The notes under the pieces were generated by a model. It was given only the letters and a program-made list of their open reading frames with translations. It was not told the DNA's origin and searched no databases. Position numbers and translations under genes: made by a program. A DNA stretch of 64,000 nucleotides from Nannocystales bacterium (GTDB lineage: Bacteria; Myxococcota_A; Polyangia; Nannocystales; Nannocystaceae), in contig JBOEGF010000010.1 of NCBI GenBank assembly GCA_050633305.1, forward strand, positions 672,001-736,000, given 5' to 3'. Below are positions 29,006-38,431 of the stretch, one piece after another (position 1 is the stretch's first letter; each line of letters begins with the position of its first letter).

Positions 29006-31318
29006 CTACAAACCCTGTAGAAGCTCCACCGCCGCGGCGCTGGCCTCCGGAAGGGTCTCCGGGTGTTCGACCAGCGCGTTGAGGCGGTCGCGGGCCGCTC
29101 CTTTCGAGCCGGCGCTGATCTCGATTCGCGCGAGCACGAGGTGTGCACCCCCAGCGTATTGCTGCGGAACATTCCATCGCAACGCCGCCTCGGCCTCGCG
29201 CCGGGCCTGTTCGGTGTTCCCCAGCGCCTCGTGCTGCTCGGCCATCGCGGACCGAGCCGCCGTCGCGCCTGGGTGCTCGGGTCCACCGTAGGCCTCGAAC
29301 CGCTCCCGCACCATCTCGAGTTCGCGAAGCGCCGCCGCGTGGGCACCACGAGCGGAGTAGATCTGCGACAAGTTGAAACGAACGGCGGCGAGGTCGGGGC
29401 TGTCGGGTTGCTGGGCCAAGATCGCATCCCGTAGCCGCACCTGGACCTCTTCGGCTTCGTCCACCCGACCCAGCATGAGCAGCGCGCTGCCGAGACCTTG
29501 AAGGGCGTGCGTGAAGATGAGCGAGTTCCTCGACACGCCGTCGAGCTTCTCGAACACCCGCTCGTAGTCTTCGGCCGCGGCTTCGAGGTCGCCCAGAGCT
29601 TGCTTGGCATCGCCCCGCCCTGCATACAGCTGCTCCCAGCTCGCCAGGCTCGTGTCCTCGGAAAAGGACCCCTCCGCTTGGTCGTAGAACGTGACCGCAG
29701 CTTTGAACGCTCCCGTCGAACCAGCGTAGCGCCCCTCGAGCATCAGCAGTTCGGCCTGGGCCGGGGGGTCCTCGCGACGACCCGCTGCCTCGCGAGCCCG
29801 TTCCATCCAGACTTCGGCCGCGAACGTGTCTCCGAGGAATGTCGCCGCGGAGTACGAGAGCCGGTCGGCGGCGTGAAACGCCATCACTGCGTCCTCGCCA
29901 CGAATCGCCAGATGATAGGCGTCGCGATACAACCGGTCCGCACCATCGGCATTCCCGGCTCGCTGTTCGAAGACACCCAGGTACAGCGCAGCGCCAGCCT
30001 CCACGCGGCGGTTGCCAGACGCGAGGGCGGCCTCGCGAGTGCCGCGAACGCGATCCAACAGCAACGCCCCGTGCTCGGCCCAAGTGCCCAAGTGCTGGCT
30101 CGCTTCGATCTCGAGTCGGAGGGACTTGAAGGCCGTGTCCAAGGCTGTCTGCGGAGGGACATCGAGCCCGTCCCCATCGTCACAGGACCGTGGGTTGGGG
30201 AGGCCGTCGAGCACGAGGAATGCATCGGCGGTATCGGGCGTGGCCGCAATCGCCGTCATGACTGTTCGCCAATGCATCCGCGCCGTCTCCAGACACTGTT
30301 GCTGTGGCTCGGCGGCGTCTTCGCAGAACACGGAGGCAGAGGCGTTCCAAGCATCGACAAAGGTCTCCGCGTCTTCCCGGAGGTCGGCAGCGAGGGACTC
30401 GGGAGGTTCGAGCTGTGGTGGTGTGCACGACTCCTGAGCGTTCGCTGTGGCGAGCTGCAGCCCCAGCGCGCCAAGGAGGGCGAGTCCGATCACCAGCGGT
30501 GCACCGCGGCGCTTCGGCACAAGCGCGCGAAGCAGGATCTCGACGCTCGGACACCGAGACGCTGCGACTGGCTGCGAGCCCCACCGGAGCGCTTCGTCGA
30601 GTTGCCACGACAGCCGCCGGGTGCCCAGCGCCGCCCGAAGCGACACGCACAACGCGTAGACATCCGCCCGCTCGTCGATCGGCTCTCCGCGCTCTTGCTC
30701 CGGTGGCATGAACCCCGGGGTTCCATGAGTTCCAAAGTCGACCACGCGCACCCGGCCGTCGCCATCCAACAAGATGTTGGCAGGCTTGAAGTCGCGATGG
30801 AGAATCCCCGCAGCGTGGGCGGCCTGGAGCGCGGAGGCGGCCTGCTGAAACTTGTCCAAGATCTCTTCGAGTTCCCGAGGAGCCGCAGCAAGCCAAGCCT
30901 CGAGCGTCCCTCCGGGGAGAAACTCCATCACCACGTAGACAACGTCGTCGGCAGGAATCGCTCCCGAAGCGAACACCCTGACCACCCCGGGATGGACGAG
31001 TCCGGCCACGCGCCGACTCTCCCGCAGATGCACTCGTGCTCCGCCCGACGCCGCGATGTCGCCCTCCGCATCGGCGCGCAGCACCTTCACCGCGGCCGCC
31101 CGTTCCAGCACCGGGTCCCATGCTCGATACACGACGCCCAGTCCACCGCTCCCAAGACGTTCATGAACCTCGTAGCGATCGAGGACGACCGGCTTCGCTG
31201 CGTCGGTTCCAAACAGACGGCGAGCCAGCAGGGCCTTCGCACGTTGCTCGTCCAGGGAGAGCTTCGCGCGGCGGCCTCCATCGAACGTAGGGCCCAAGGC
31301 CTGGGGGGCGTCGCTCAT
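29006..31318 (-). CDS. Ser/Thr kinase with TM segment and extracytoplasmic TPR-like region
   Basis: GSGGLG, AAVK, HRDFKPAN, DFG, PPEQ; TM LVIGLALLGALGL; Cys-containing helical domain and TPR-like repeats. Confidence 0.88.
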   Translation of the reverse strand: MSDAPQALGPTFDGGRRAKLSLDEQRAKALLARRLFGTDAAKPVVLDRYEVHERLGSGGLGVVYRAWDPVLERAAAVKVLRADAEGDIAASGGARVHLRESRRVAGLVHPGVVRVFASGAIPADDVVYVVMEFLPGGTLEAWLAAAPRELEEILDKFQQAASALQAAHAAGILHRDFKPANILLDGDGRVRVVDFGTHGTPGFMPPEQERGEPIDERADVYALCVSLRAALGTRRLSWQLDEALRWGSQPVAASRCPSVEILLRALVPKRRGAPLVIGLALLGALGLQLATANAQESCTPPQLEPPESLAADLREDAETFVDAWNASASVFCEDAAEPQQQCLETARMHWRTVMTAIAATPDTADAFLVLDGLPNPRSCDDGDGLDVPPQTALDTAFKSLRLEIEASQHLGTWAEHGALLLDRVRGTREAALASGNRRVEAGAALYLGVFEQRAGNADGADRLYRDAYHLAIRGEDAVMAFHAADRLSYSAATFLGDTFAAEVWMERAREAAGRREDPPAQAELLMLEGRYAGSTGAFKAAVTFYDQAEGSFSEDTSLASWEQLYAGRGDAKQALGDLEAAAEDYERVFEKLDGVSRNSLIFTHALQGLGSALLMLGRVDEAEEVQVRLRDAILAQQPDSPDLAAVRFNLSQIYSARGAHAAALRELEMVRERFEAYGGPEHPGATAARSAMAEQHEALGNTEQARREAEAALRWNVPQQYAGGAHLVLARIEISAGSKGAARDRLNALVEHPETLPEASAAAVELLQGL

Positions 31319-31358
31319 ACGAGGCTCCGCCTGCTTACCGGTTTGGTAGGCTTCGCGA

Positions 31359-31937
31359 GTGGGGACAGACTTCGAGCTGTGGCGCGCATGGCGAGATGGA
31401 GACCAAGCCTCCGGCGGCACGCTGGTCGAGCGACACTTTGCATCGGTTTACCGCTTCTTCGCGACCAAAGTGCCCGATGCCGCCGACGACCTCACCCAGG
31501 CCACGTTCACCGCTTGCGTCGAAACCGCGGAGCGCTTCCGGGCAGAGTCCAGCTTCCGTTCGTTTCTCTTGGGCATCGCTCGGCTCCAGCTCCTTCGTTT
31601 CTTCGAGGGTCGCGGGCAGCTCATGGGAGGTCGGGCGGTGTCCGAGGTTTCGATGGTGGACTTGATGCCCTCGCCGTTCAGTGCGGCGGCGTGCTCCGAG
31701 CACCGCGCGATGTTGATCGTTGCGATGCGAAAGCTCCCCTTGGATCTGCAGATCGTACTCGAGCTCCACTATTGGGAGGACCTCGAAACCCAAGAGGTCG
31801 CCGACGTCCTGGGTGTTCCGCTGGGAACCGCCAAGAGCCGTCTCTCACGAGCACGCGCCCAACTTCGAGACGTGCTGGGCCGACCGTCGTCGGAGAACTC
31901 CGTCGCAAGTGACCTCCGCGCGACGGTCGAGCGCTGA
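31359..31937 (+). CDS. ECF sigma-70 factor
   Basis: WRDGDQASG, ADDLTQATF, SSFRSFLLGIAR, LHYWE, EVADVLGVPLGTAKSRLSRAR; divergent from the kinase. Confidence 0.92.
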   Translation: MGTDFELWRAWRDGDQASGGTLVERHFASVYRFFATKVPDAADDLTQATFTACVETAERFRAESSFRSFLLGIARLQLLRFFEGRGQLMGGRAVSEVSMVDLMPSPFSAAACSEHRAMLIVAMRKLPLDLQIVLELHYWEDLETQEVADVLGVPLGTAKSRLSRARAQLRDVLGRPSSENSVASDLRATVER

Positions 31938-31939
31938 CG

Positions 31940-32680
31940 TCACAACGATCCGGTGCCCTCACACAGGAGCGCTTGTCCGGCCTGCCCGACCGAGCAATTC
32001 CAGTTCAAGTCGGGAGCGAACGATCCGGTGGACAGAAACGTCACCTCGCAGGTGTACGAGAAGCCTTGGAACGTCCCGCTCGTTTCGTAGACGCCCGCCA
32101 TGTCGACGGGGCCGGGAACCAACAGCGCTCCGTACTCGCCGTCGCAGCCCCAGATCAAGTCGCACCCATCCTGAGACACCGAGCACTGGTCGCCGTTGGC
32201 GAGAATGTCCTCGCAGCCCTCCGGCGAGGAGGACGACAGCGTCAGGCTGTAGTTCCCTTGGACATCGGGACAGGCGGGCTCGTCTCCCGTCTCGTCGGTG
32301 CTGTCGGCCACACTGTCGTTCGTCTCGGCCGTCTGGGTCTCGCCGGGGTCGCCACCGCAAGCGGGATCTTCGACCGAACGACACAGTCCAGGCTCTCCAG
32401 GGTCCGCCGTTCGCAAGTCGCACCACTCGCCCGAACCGCAGTTGAGCGTCTCCAAGCAGCCCGGCAAACACTGAATGAGGCCGCTCTGCGTGCATCGCTC
32501 GCCGGCTTCGCATGTGTTGCTTCCGCACTGGGTTCGACCATCGCCGTCGTTCGGCACGCAGATCTCCGCGCTCCCTCCGGTGCCCCCACCGGACCCCGAA
32601 GCGTCATCATCAATGCAACCGGCCGCCACGAGGAGGCACGAAAGGCACAGGGACCGGGTGAAAAACTCTAGAACAGACAA
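31940..32680 (-). CDS. Cys-rich hypothetical lipoprotein
   Basis: Lipobox VAAGC; Cys-rich N-terminal module, acidic linker and C-terminal beta-rich domain. Confidence 0.7.
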   Translation of the reverse strand: MSVLEFFTRSLCLSCLLVAAGCIDDDASGSGGGTGGSAEICVPNDGDGRTQCGSNTCEAGERCTQSGLIQCLPGCLETLNCGSGEWCDLRTADPGEPGLCRSVEDPACGGDPGETQTAETNDSVADSTDETGDEPACPDVQGNYSLTLSSSSPEGCEDILANGDQCSVSQDGCDLIWGCDGEYGALLVPGPVDMAGVYETSGTFQGFSYTCEVTFLSTGSFAPDLNWNCSVGQAGQALLCEGTGSL

Positions 32681-33279
32681 GACGTGGTCTTAGTCCGAGA
32701 AGCCCGTCATCGAGTTCCATGTTTTTTTGGAGCCGCTGCGGGGGGATCGATTTGGCCCGAACCCGCCGGCCCCTTGCACCTACCTCTTACCGCCTACCGG
32801 CGTTGAGGCTTCGGAGCGCGTGCTTGCCCTCGTCGGTCGGCGCTTAGGCGAAACTCGCCTTGAAAAGCGGCCAGCGGCCGGTGCCGACAGGAGTCAAGGC
32901 TGGGGGCACTGAGGACAGAAGCGGGCGCGCCCAGGGCCGGGTGGGCGTCAGAGGGAGTTTCGAGCGGCTCCGTAGCGCGCCAATGGGCGTACGGATGCCG
33001 ACGCGGTCGCGGTGAGCGGGGGCGTGATGGGGCCGAGCACTCCGGTCATGAACAACATCAGTGTCCGGGAGGTGAGGGGCGCGGTGGCGGCCGAGCGGCA
33101 TGGAGGGCTTCGGCGACCTCATGGGGACGGGCAAGCGGCGACGAGCGCTTCACGCATCGACGTGGGCGTACCGTGTCCCGGTCCTCGGGCCCGCGGTCGG
33201 CCGCCGTATGTGCTGGGAAGTTCGCCAAGGCAACGGTGGGGGAAAACGGTCGGCCTGTCGCGGTGGTGACTTCGGCGAC

Positions 33280-33647
33280 AGGGTGGGGCCAGGGCGGGTC
33301 CGCAGAGTCGTTTCTGAGTGCCACGCGACGTGAGATGGGCAAGCGGGCACCTTGGGTTCACGTCGCGGGCCGCATCCGCGCACTGCAGACGGTGCGCATG
33401 AAACCCGTGTTCGCGGAGTCGAGCACGGTGCTCGACGAGGTCACGAGCACCGTGGGCGCACTAGACCGGATGTGAAGAGTTGGAGCACGGCGCGGTTCAG
33501 CGGAGGTTCGCAGGAAGCGGATGCGCTCCACGATGCCGTTTTCGATGCGTTCGAGGTGCACTCGAAGGGCGAAGCGCTCAACGCCGTCGCGGTCGGTCAA
33601 CGGTAGACGGCGCAAGCACGAGGGCCCCCCGATCCGGGCCAGCCTCA
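33280..33647 (+). pseudogene. Possible heavily decayed IS3-family transposase 3' end
   Basis: Frameshifted fragments AESFLSATRRE, K-ELEHGA-RF and AVFDAFEV echo the IS3 integrase C-terminus; ends GATCCGGGCCAGCCTCA, an IR-like sequence. Confidence 0.3.
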
Positions 33648-33694
33648 GTTCCGTTCAACCGCCAGGACTACAACGCGAGCTGACGCTGCGCGAG

Positions 33695-34141
33695 TTAGAG
33701 GACGGTGGTGATCTTGGTCCTTACGGAGTTGGCTAGGAAGCACTCTTGGTGGGCTTTGTGGTGGAGCTGCTCGAGTTGATCGGGGGAGAGCTCGACGCCG
33801 GGGGCGAACTTGGTGACAGGGTGGAGTTCGATTCTGGAGAGGACGGGTTTGCCGTTTTCTGCCTTCTCCAAGTAGCCGACGGCGTTGTCGGTGTACTCGT
33901 CGAGGGTCAGTTTTTGGAGGGCACAGAGGGCGAAGAAGGTGAGGGCGTGGCAGCTGGAGATTGAAGCGACGAAGGCTTGTTCGGGGTCGGGAATTTCGGC
34001 GGTGCCGAGGTATTCGGGTGCGGCGGATGCCTCGAGGCTGACGCCGTGGCCGAAGTCGATCTGGTGCTCGCGGGAATACTCTTTGTAGCCGAAGCCGGTG
34101 CCGCCGCGTTTCCAGGAGACGGTGACGGTGTGTTGGGACAT
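33695..34141 (-). CDS. OsmC/Ohr-family peroxiredoxin
   Basis: YSREH, ASAAPEYLG, DPEQAFVASISSCH and AHQECFLANSV two-Cys motifs. Confidence 0.92.
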   Translation of the reverse strand: MSQHTVTVSWKRGGTGFGYKEYSREHQIDFGHGVSLEASAAPEYLGTAEIPDPEQAFVASISSCHALTFFALCALQKLTLDEYTDNAVGYLEKAENGKPVLSRIELHPVTKFAPGVELSPDQLEQLHHKAHQECFLANSVRTKITTVL

Positions 34142-34286
34142 GGGGCGACGATAGATGGAGTTCTGGGGGGGCGAGAATAAAACGAGACCGAGGTCGGGCG
34201 GGGTCGTTGAGGGGCGGAGGATGGAATCGCGCCTTGGACGCGGCTCGAGGATGAAGACCGGGTAAGAGCTACAAGTCGCTGCACGA

Positions 34287-34838
34287 CTACTTGCTGGCCT
34301 CGAGCGTGTACTTGAACTTCTTCGAGGCGCTCTTGCCGGCAAGGTGAACGGTGAGGATCTTGTCCTTCATCCCGCCGATCGTTTTCTTCCAGGTCTTTGT
34401 TCCGCCGCCCTTCGGAGCGGTAAACTCCCAGACCTTGACCGCCCGACCAGCCTGGTCGACCGAGCATACGGTCACGTTGGTCTTGGCCTTTCCGGCGAGC
34501 TTCTCAACCCGAACCGTCACATCGGTGGTGTTCAGGGGGGTCTCCGCAATGAACACGCGCTCTCCTGGGCCGACCACGGTGCCTGCGTGCTCGGTGTTGA
34601 CGATGAGGTCTCGGGGTCCGAGGCGGGCCCATGTGCCTCCGACGTTCGAGTTCCAGAACTTGATCATCTCGTCGACCTTCTTGGCATAGGGCAGAGCCGG
34701 GGCGAGAGAGCCGTACTTCGTCCAGATGTCGGATGCCACCGACGTGACGGAACCGCAGGTACCTGCCTCGGCCGGGGAGGGTAGGGCGATGGAGAAAGCG
34801 AAAACGAGCGGGAGGATGGGGATGAACTTGCGAAGCAT
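34287..34838 (-). CDS. Secreted hypothetical protein (paralog of 38432-39166)
   Basis: Signal peptide ending PAEA; shares DE..K.WN, W..GPR, GT..GP.ER.FI and GKS..K.KY with its paralog. Confidence 0.75.
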   Translation of the reverse strand: MLRKFIPILPLVFAFSIALPSPAEAGTCGSVTSVASDIWTKYGSLAPALPYAKKVDEMIKFWNSNVGGTWARLGPRDLIVNTEHAGTVVGPGERVFIAETPLNTTDVTVRVEKLAGKAKTNVTVCSVDQAGRAVKVWEFTAPKGGGTKTWKKTIGGMKDKILTVHLAGKSASKKFKYTLEASK

Positions 34839-35084
34839 GGCGTACTCGAACCGGTGGAGTTCGCAGCAGGCGGTTCGGATCCATTTTTGTCGCTCGGGTG
34901 TGGGCAGGACGGGCTCCAACCGAAGGTAGAGTCGTGGGGGCCGACCTTGGATGCATCAAATCGGAAAACGATTTCCGATTTCCAACCGGTCCTTGCCCCC
35001 CGTGCCTGTGACCTCCACGATGGACCGGTGTCGGGTTCACGAACGCCGCCAGGGGAGTTGGTCCCACCGACCCCCGGTGACACC

Positions 35085-37844
35085 GTGGATGAGGGGCGCA
35101 GCTTTGCGGCCGTCGCTCGGAAGTTGTTCGAGGCCGCGCCCGCCGCTCCGCAGGTGGGGCGCTACTACCTGCTCGAGCGCATCGGGCAGGGCGGCATGGG
35201 GGTGGTCTATCTCGGCTACGACCCCTCGCTGGAGCGACGGGTGGCGATCAAGTTCCTGCGGGACCGACACCGAGGTGGTGACCGGCTTCGAGAGGAGGGG
35301 AAGGCGTTGGCAAACCTCGAGCACCCCAACGTCGTCTCCGTGCACGAGGTCGGCGAGAGCAACGATGGTGTCTATCTGGTCATGGCGCACATCGAGGGGC
35401 AGACGTTCGACACGTGGTTGGCCGAAGGGCCCCGTCCGTGGCGAGAGGTGCTGCGTGTCATGGTCGACGCGGGACGCGGCCTCGAGGCGGTGCATCGGGC
35501 CGGGCTGGCCCATCGGGATGTGAAGCCGTCCAACCTGCTCATCGATGAAGCCGGACAGGTTCGGGTTGCGGACTTCGGCCTGGCCGTCCGTGTCGAACCC
35601 GGCAAGCGCGGTGTTGCCGTTGCGGGGGGGACCGAGGCGTACATGGCTCCTGAACAAGAGGACGGAGGCCTGGTGGGGCCCGCCGCAGACCAGTACGCGT
35701 GGTGTGTTTGTCTTCTCGAGGCGCTCACCGGGGCGCGAGATCGCAGCGGCGGGGTCGAAGGGTGGCGGCGTCGCTCGGTGCAGCGGGACGTGGCAGGGGA
35801 TGCCCCGCCGACCTACGTCTTTGCCGCGTTGATGCGCGGGCTGCAGTGCGAACCCGCGGACCGGTACCCCTCGATGGGTGCCTTGCTTGCCGAGCTGCGC
35901 TTGCGCGAGGAGTCTCGTCGCCCGTTGTGGCTGGGGATCGGCTTGTGCGTGGGGCTGGCAGGCCTTGGGGTTGGGTATGTCATCGCGCCGCACCCCGTCG
36001 CGGTGAGCGAGAACCCCTGCGCTGCTCAGCAGGGGGAGGCCTCTCGATCGTTCTGGACTGACGAGCGCAGGGATGCGGTTCGGGACGCGGCGCCAGATCG
36101 TTTCGATGACCCGCTGTGGTCCCGGTCGTTCGACGACTTGGACGGACTTGCCCGAGCGTGGGACCAGGCCAGCATCGAGGCATGCGAGCTGCACCGAGTC
36201 GGTCGCATTTCCGAGGCGGCTCTCGACGACCGCTCCCGCTGTCTGCAGCGTCAAGGGCGGGAGTTCGGCCTGCTCGTCGCGCTGCTCGCAGGCCCAGAAA
36301 AGGTCACGGCGATGACCGCCCGGGGCGCGATCGCGTCGCTCGAACGCCCCGAGAGCTGCGAGGTCCCCTCCGCGCTGCTGCGACCCGGCGGTGGCCAGAT
36401 CCACGACGCGGATTCACCCGAAGGTAGGCTCGAGCACGAGGTCGCCGACGCCTGGTCCCGGTATCATCTGGGGCTTCGTGAAGGGCTCGACGTTTCGTCG
36501 TTTGAGGCTCGAGCGTGGGCGCAGGAGGACCGAGCGCTCCGAGCGGATACAGCCCGTTTGCTTGCGGAGCTCACGGTGGACGTCGAGGAGAAGTATCGAC
36601 TGTCCGACCTCGCGGTTCGGAGCGCGATCGAGGGGCGGGCGCCGGTGATGCTGACCGCGGCGCTGCTTGATCAAGGGCGAATCCGAGAGTGGCTCGGCGA
36701 CTTGGACGGCGCGGACGAGCGCTTCGCGATGGCGGACGCGGCTGCACATGCCCTGGACCAGCTCTCTGCCGACTTCCCCTCGCTTGGCGACAGCACGAAC
36801 CGGCTGCGGGGGCAGCTCGAGCTTGCCCGGGGAAACCTCGCGCGTCGGCGGGGTGCCTACCGGGAGGGGCTCGCACACCAATTGGGGGCGATCTCCCAAT
36901 TCGAGGCCGCGACCGTTCGCCAACCGCTTGCAGAGGCTCGTGCTTGGATCAACGTTGGGGAGGCGCACCGTCTGCTGGGGGAGTACGACGACGCCGACCG
37001 GGCCTACACCCGAGGCATTCAACTCGCCCAGCCGCTTCTCCTCGAACACGACGCGACCTTGGAGGCGATGCTCGCCAACCGTGGAGCGTCGCGACAGGAC
37101 GCGGGGGACTGGGTTGGAGCCGAGGAGGACTACTCGGCCATCTACGAACCCTACGCGAAGCCGTTGCGGGGAGGGCAGGCTGTGGCGGCGTTCAACCTTG
37201 CGCTGATGGCCGAAGTGCGCGGGGACCTCGCAGCCGCGACGAAACACTGCCATCTGGCAGCATCCGCCGTGGGCCCGGAGGGGGTGGCTCCGACCCCGGC
37301 CATGGCTGCGCTATTCTCCCTGCATTGCTTGGCTCTCGAACACGAACTCGGACTGCGAGAGGTCTCGGTCGAATCGTTCGAGCGCATGTATGCCGAGGTC
37401 GAGACGTATGCGCTCGGGGATTCGAGCTTCCTCGTCTTGGGGCAGCTGCGGATCGCTCGGTCCATGCTGCTCGCTCAGCGGTGGTCGCAGGCTCGGCGGT
37501 GGATCGATACGGCGCGCAAGACCGCGAGTGCACCGGGCAGCTCGAACACGCTCGACCTCGCCGCTGTGAATCATCTCTCCGGCCGCTGGGAGATGGCGCA
37601 GGGCAACCGCGATGCCGCGCTTGCGGAGCAACGCCGAGCGGTTTCCGTGTTCGAGGACGGGGGCGTCGACCAGCACCCCGCCCTTGTCGACGCGCTGTTG
37701 GCACTGGGGGCGCTGGAGCCGGACCTCGGGGCCGCAGGCCGAGCGCTGGAGCGCGCCGGGCAACTCATCGAAAAACACGGCATGCACAAGACCAAGCGGC
37801 AGCGGTGGCTTGGGGTCCGCGCGGCACGGGGTCGCGATGAATGA
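35085..37844 (+). CDS. Ser/Thr kinase with TM segment and TPR-like region
   Basis: GQGGMG, VAIK, HRDVKPSN, DFG, YMAPE, ADQYAW; TM LWLGIGLCVGLAGLGVGYV; TPR-like repeats; ORF is open from 34854, start uncertain. Confidence 0.9.
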   Translation: MDEGRSFAAVARKLFEAAPAAPQVGRYYLLERIGQGGMGVVYLGYDPSLERRVAIKFLRDRHRGGDRLREEGKALANLEHPNVVSVHEVGESNDGVYLVMAHIEGQTFDTWLAEGPRPWREVLRVMVDAGRGLEAVHRAGLAHRDVKPSNLLIDEAGQVRVADFGLAVRVEPGKRGVAVAGGTEAYMAPEQEDGGLVGPAADQYAWCVCLLEALTGARDRSGGVEGWRRRSVQRDVAGDAPPTYVFAALMRGLQCEPADRYPSMGALLAELRLREESRRPLWLGIGLCVGLAGLGVGYVIAPHPVAVSENPCAAQQGEASRSFWTDERRDAVRDAAPDRFDDPLWSRSFDDLDGLARAWDQASIEACELHRVGRISEAALDDRSRCLQRQGREFGLLVALLAGPEKVTAMTARGAIASLERPESCEVPSALLRPGGGQIHDADSPEGRLEHEVADAWSRYHLGLREGLDVSSFEARAWAQEDRALRADTARLLAELTVDVEEKYRLSDLAVRSAIEGRAPVMLTAALLDQGRIREWLGDLDGADERFAMADAAAHALDQLSADFPSLGDSTNRLRGQLELARGNLARRRGAYREGLAHQLGAISQFEAATVRQPLAEARAWINVGEAHRLLGEYDDADRAYTRGIQLAQPLLLEHDATLEAMLANRGASRQDAGDWVGAEEDYSAIYEPYAKPLRGGQAVAAFNLALMAEVRGDLAAATKHCHLAASAVGPEGVAPTPAMAALFSLHCLALEHELGLREVSVESFERMYAEVETYALGDSSFLVLGQLRIARSMLLAQRWSQARRWIDTARKTASAPGSSNTLDLAAVNHLSGRWEMAQGNRDAALAEQRRAVSVFEDGGVDQHPALVDALLALGALEPDLGAAGRALERAGQLIEKHGMHKTKRQRWLGVRAARGRDE

Positions 37845-38427
37845 CCGTGCTCGACTCGATGCGTGGCGCGGCGGCGACGAAGCTGCGGGGCAGGCCCTGT
37901 TCAAGCGGCACTTTTCGGGGCTGTACCGCTTCTTCCGCAACAAGGTTGGGGACGACTGCGACGATCTGATCCAGCGTACGTTCTTTGCCGCGCTCAAGGG
38001 GATCGATGGCTTTCGCGGGCACTCCACGTTCCGCACGTTTCTCTTCGTGATCGCGCGACACGAACTCTATCGCTACCTTCGGGAGCGAGTTCGTGATCGG
38101 GAGCGCTTCGATGCCGAACACACGACCCTGGAGGGATTGGTGCCCTCTCCGAGCAGCGGGGCGGCTCGGGCCGAGCTCGAGCAACTCGTGCTCGACGCGC
38201 TGCGGCGGGTTCCTGTCGACATGCAGGTCGCGCTCGAGCTGCACTACTGGGAAGATCTCACGACCCGTGAACTCGCCGAGACGCTCGAGGTCCCCGAGGG
38301 GACGATCAAGAGCCGAATCCAGCGCGGGCGTGTGGCGTTGGACAAAGAGATCCGCCGCTCGCTCCGACGCGCGGGGCTGGTCGGTGATGAGCAAGCGATC
38401 GAAGCTGCGCTCGGCCTCGCCCCCTAG
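37837..38427 (+). CDS. ECF sigma-70 factor
   Basis: WRGGDEAAG, CDDLIQRTF, STFRTFLFVIAR, LHYWE, GTIKSRIQRGR; overlaps the kinase stop by 8 bp. Confidence 0.92.
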   Translation: MNDRARLDAWRGGDEAAGQALFKRHFSGLYRFFRNKVGDDCDDLIQRTFFAALKGIDGFRGHSTFRTFLFVIARHELYRYLRERVRDRERFDAEHTTLEGLVPSPSSGAARAELEQLVLDALRRVPVDMQVALELHYWEDLTTRELAETLEVPEGTIKSRIQRGRVALDKEIRRSLRRAGLVGDEQAIEAALGLAP

Positions 38428-38431
38428 CCAG

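Noticed and set aside
32700..33280. Short overlapping ORFs as real genes
   Set aside because: No coherent protein-like ORF; looks like decayed or low-quality sequence
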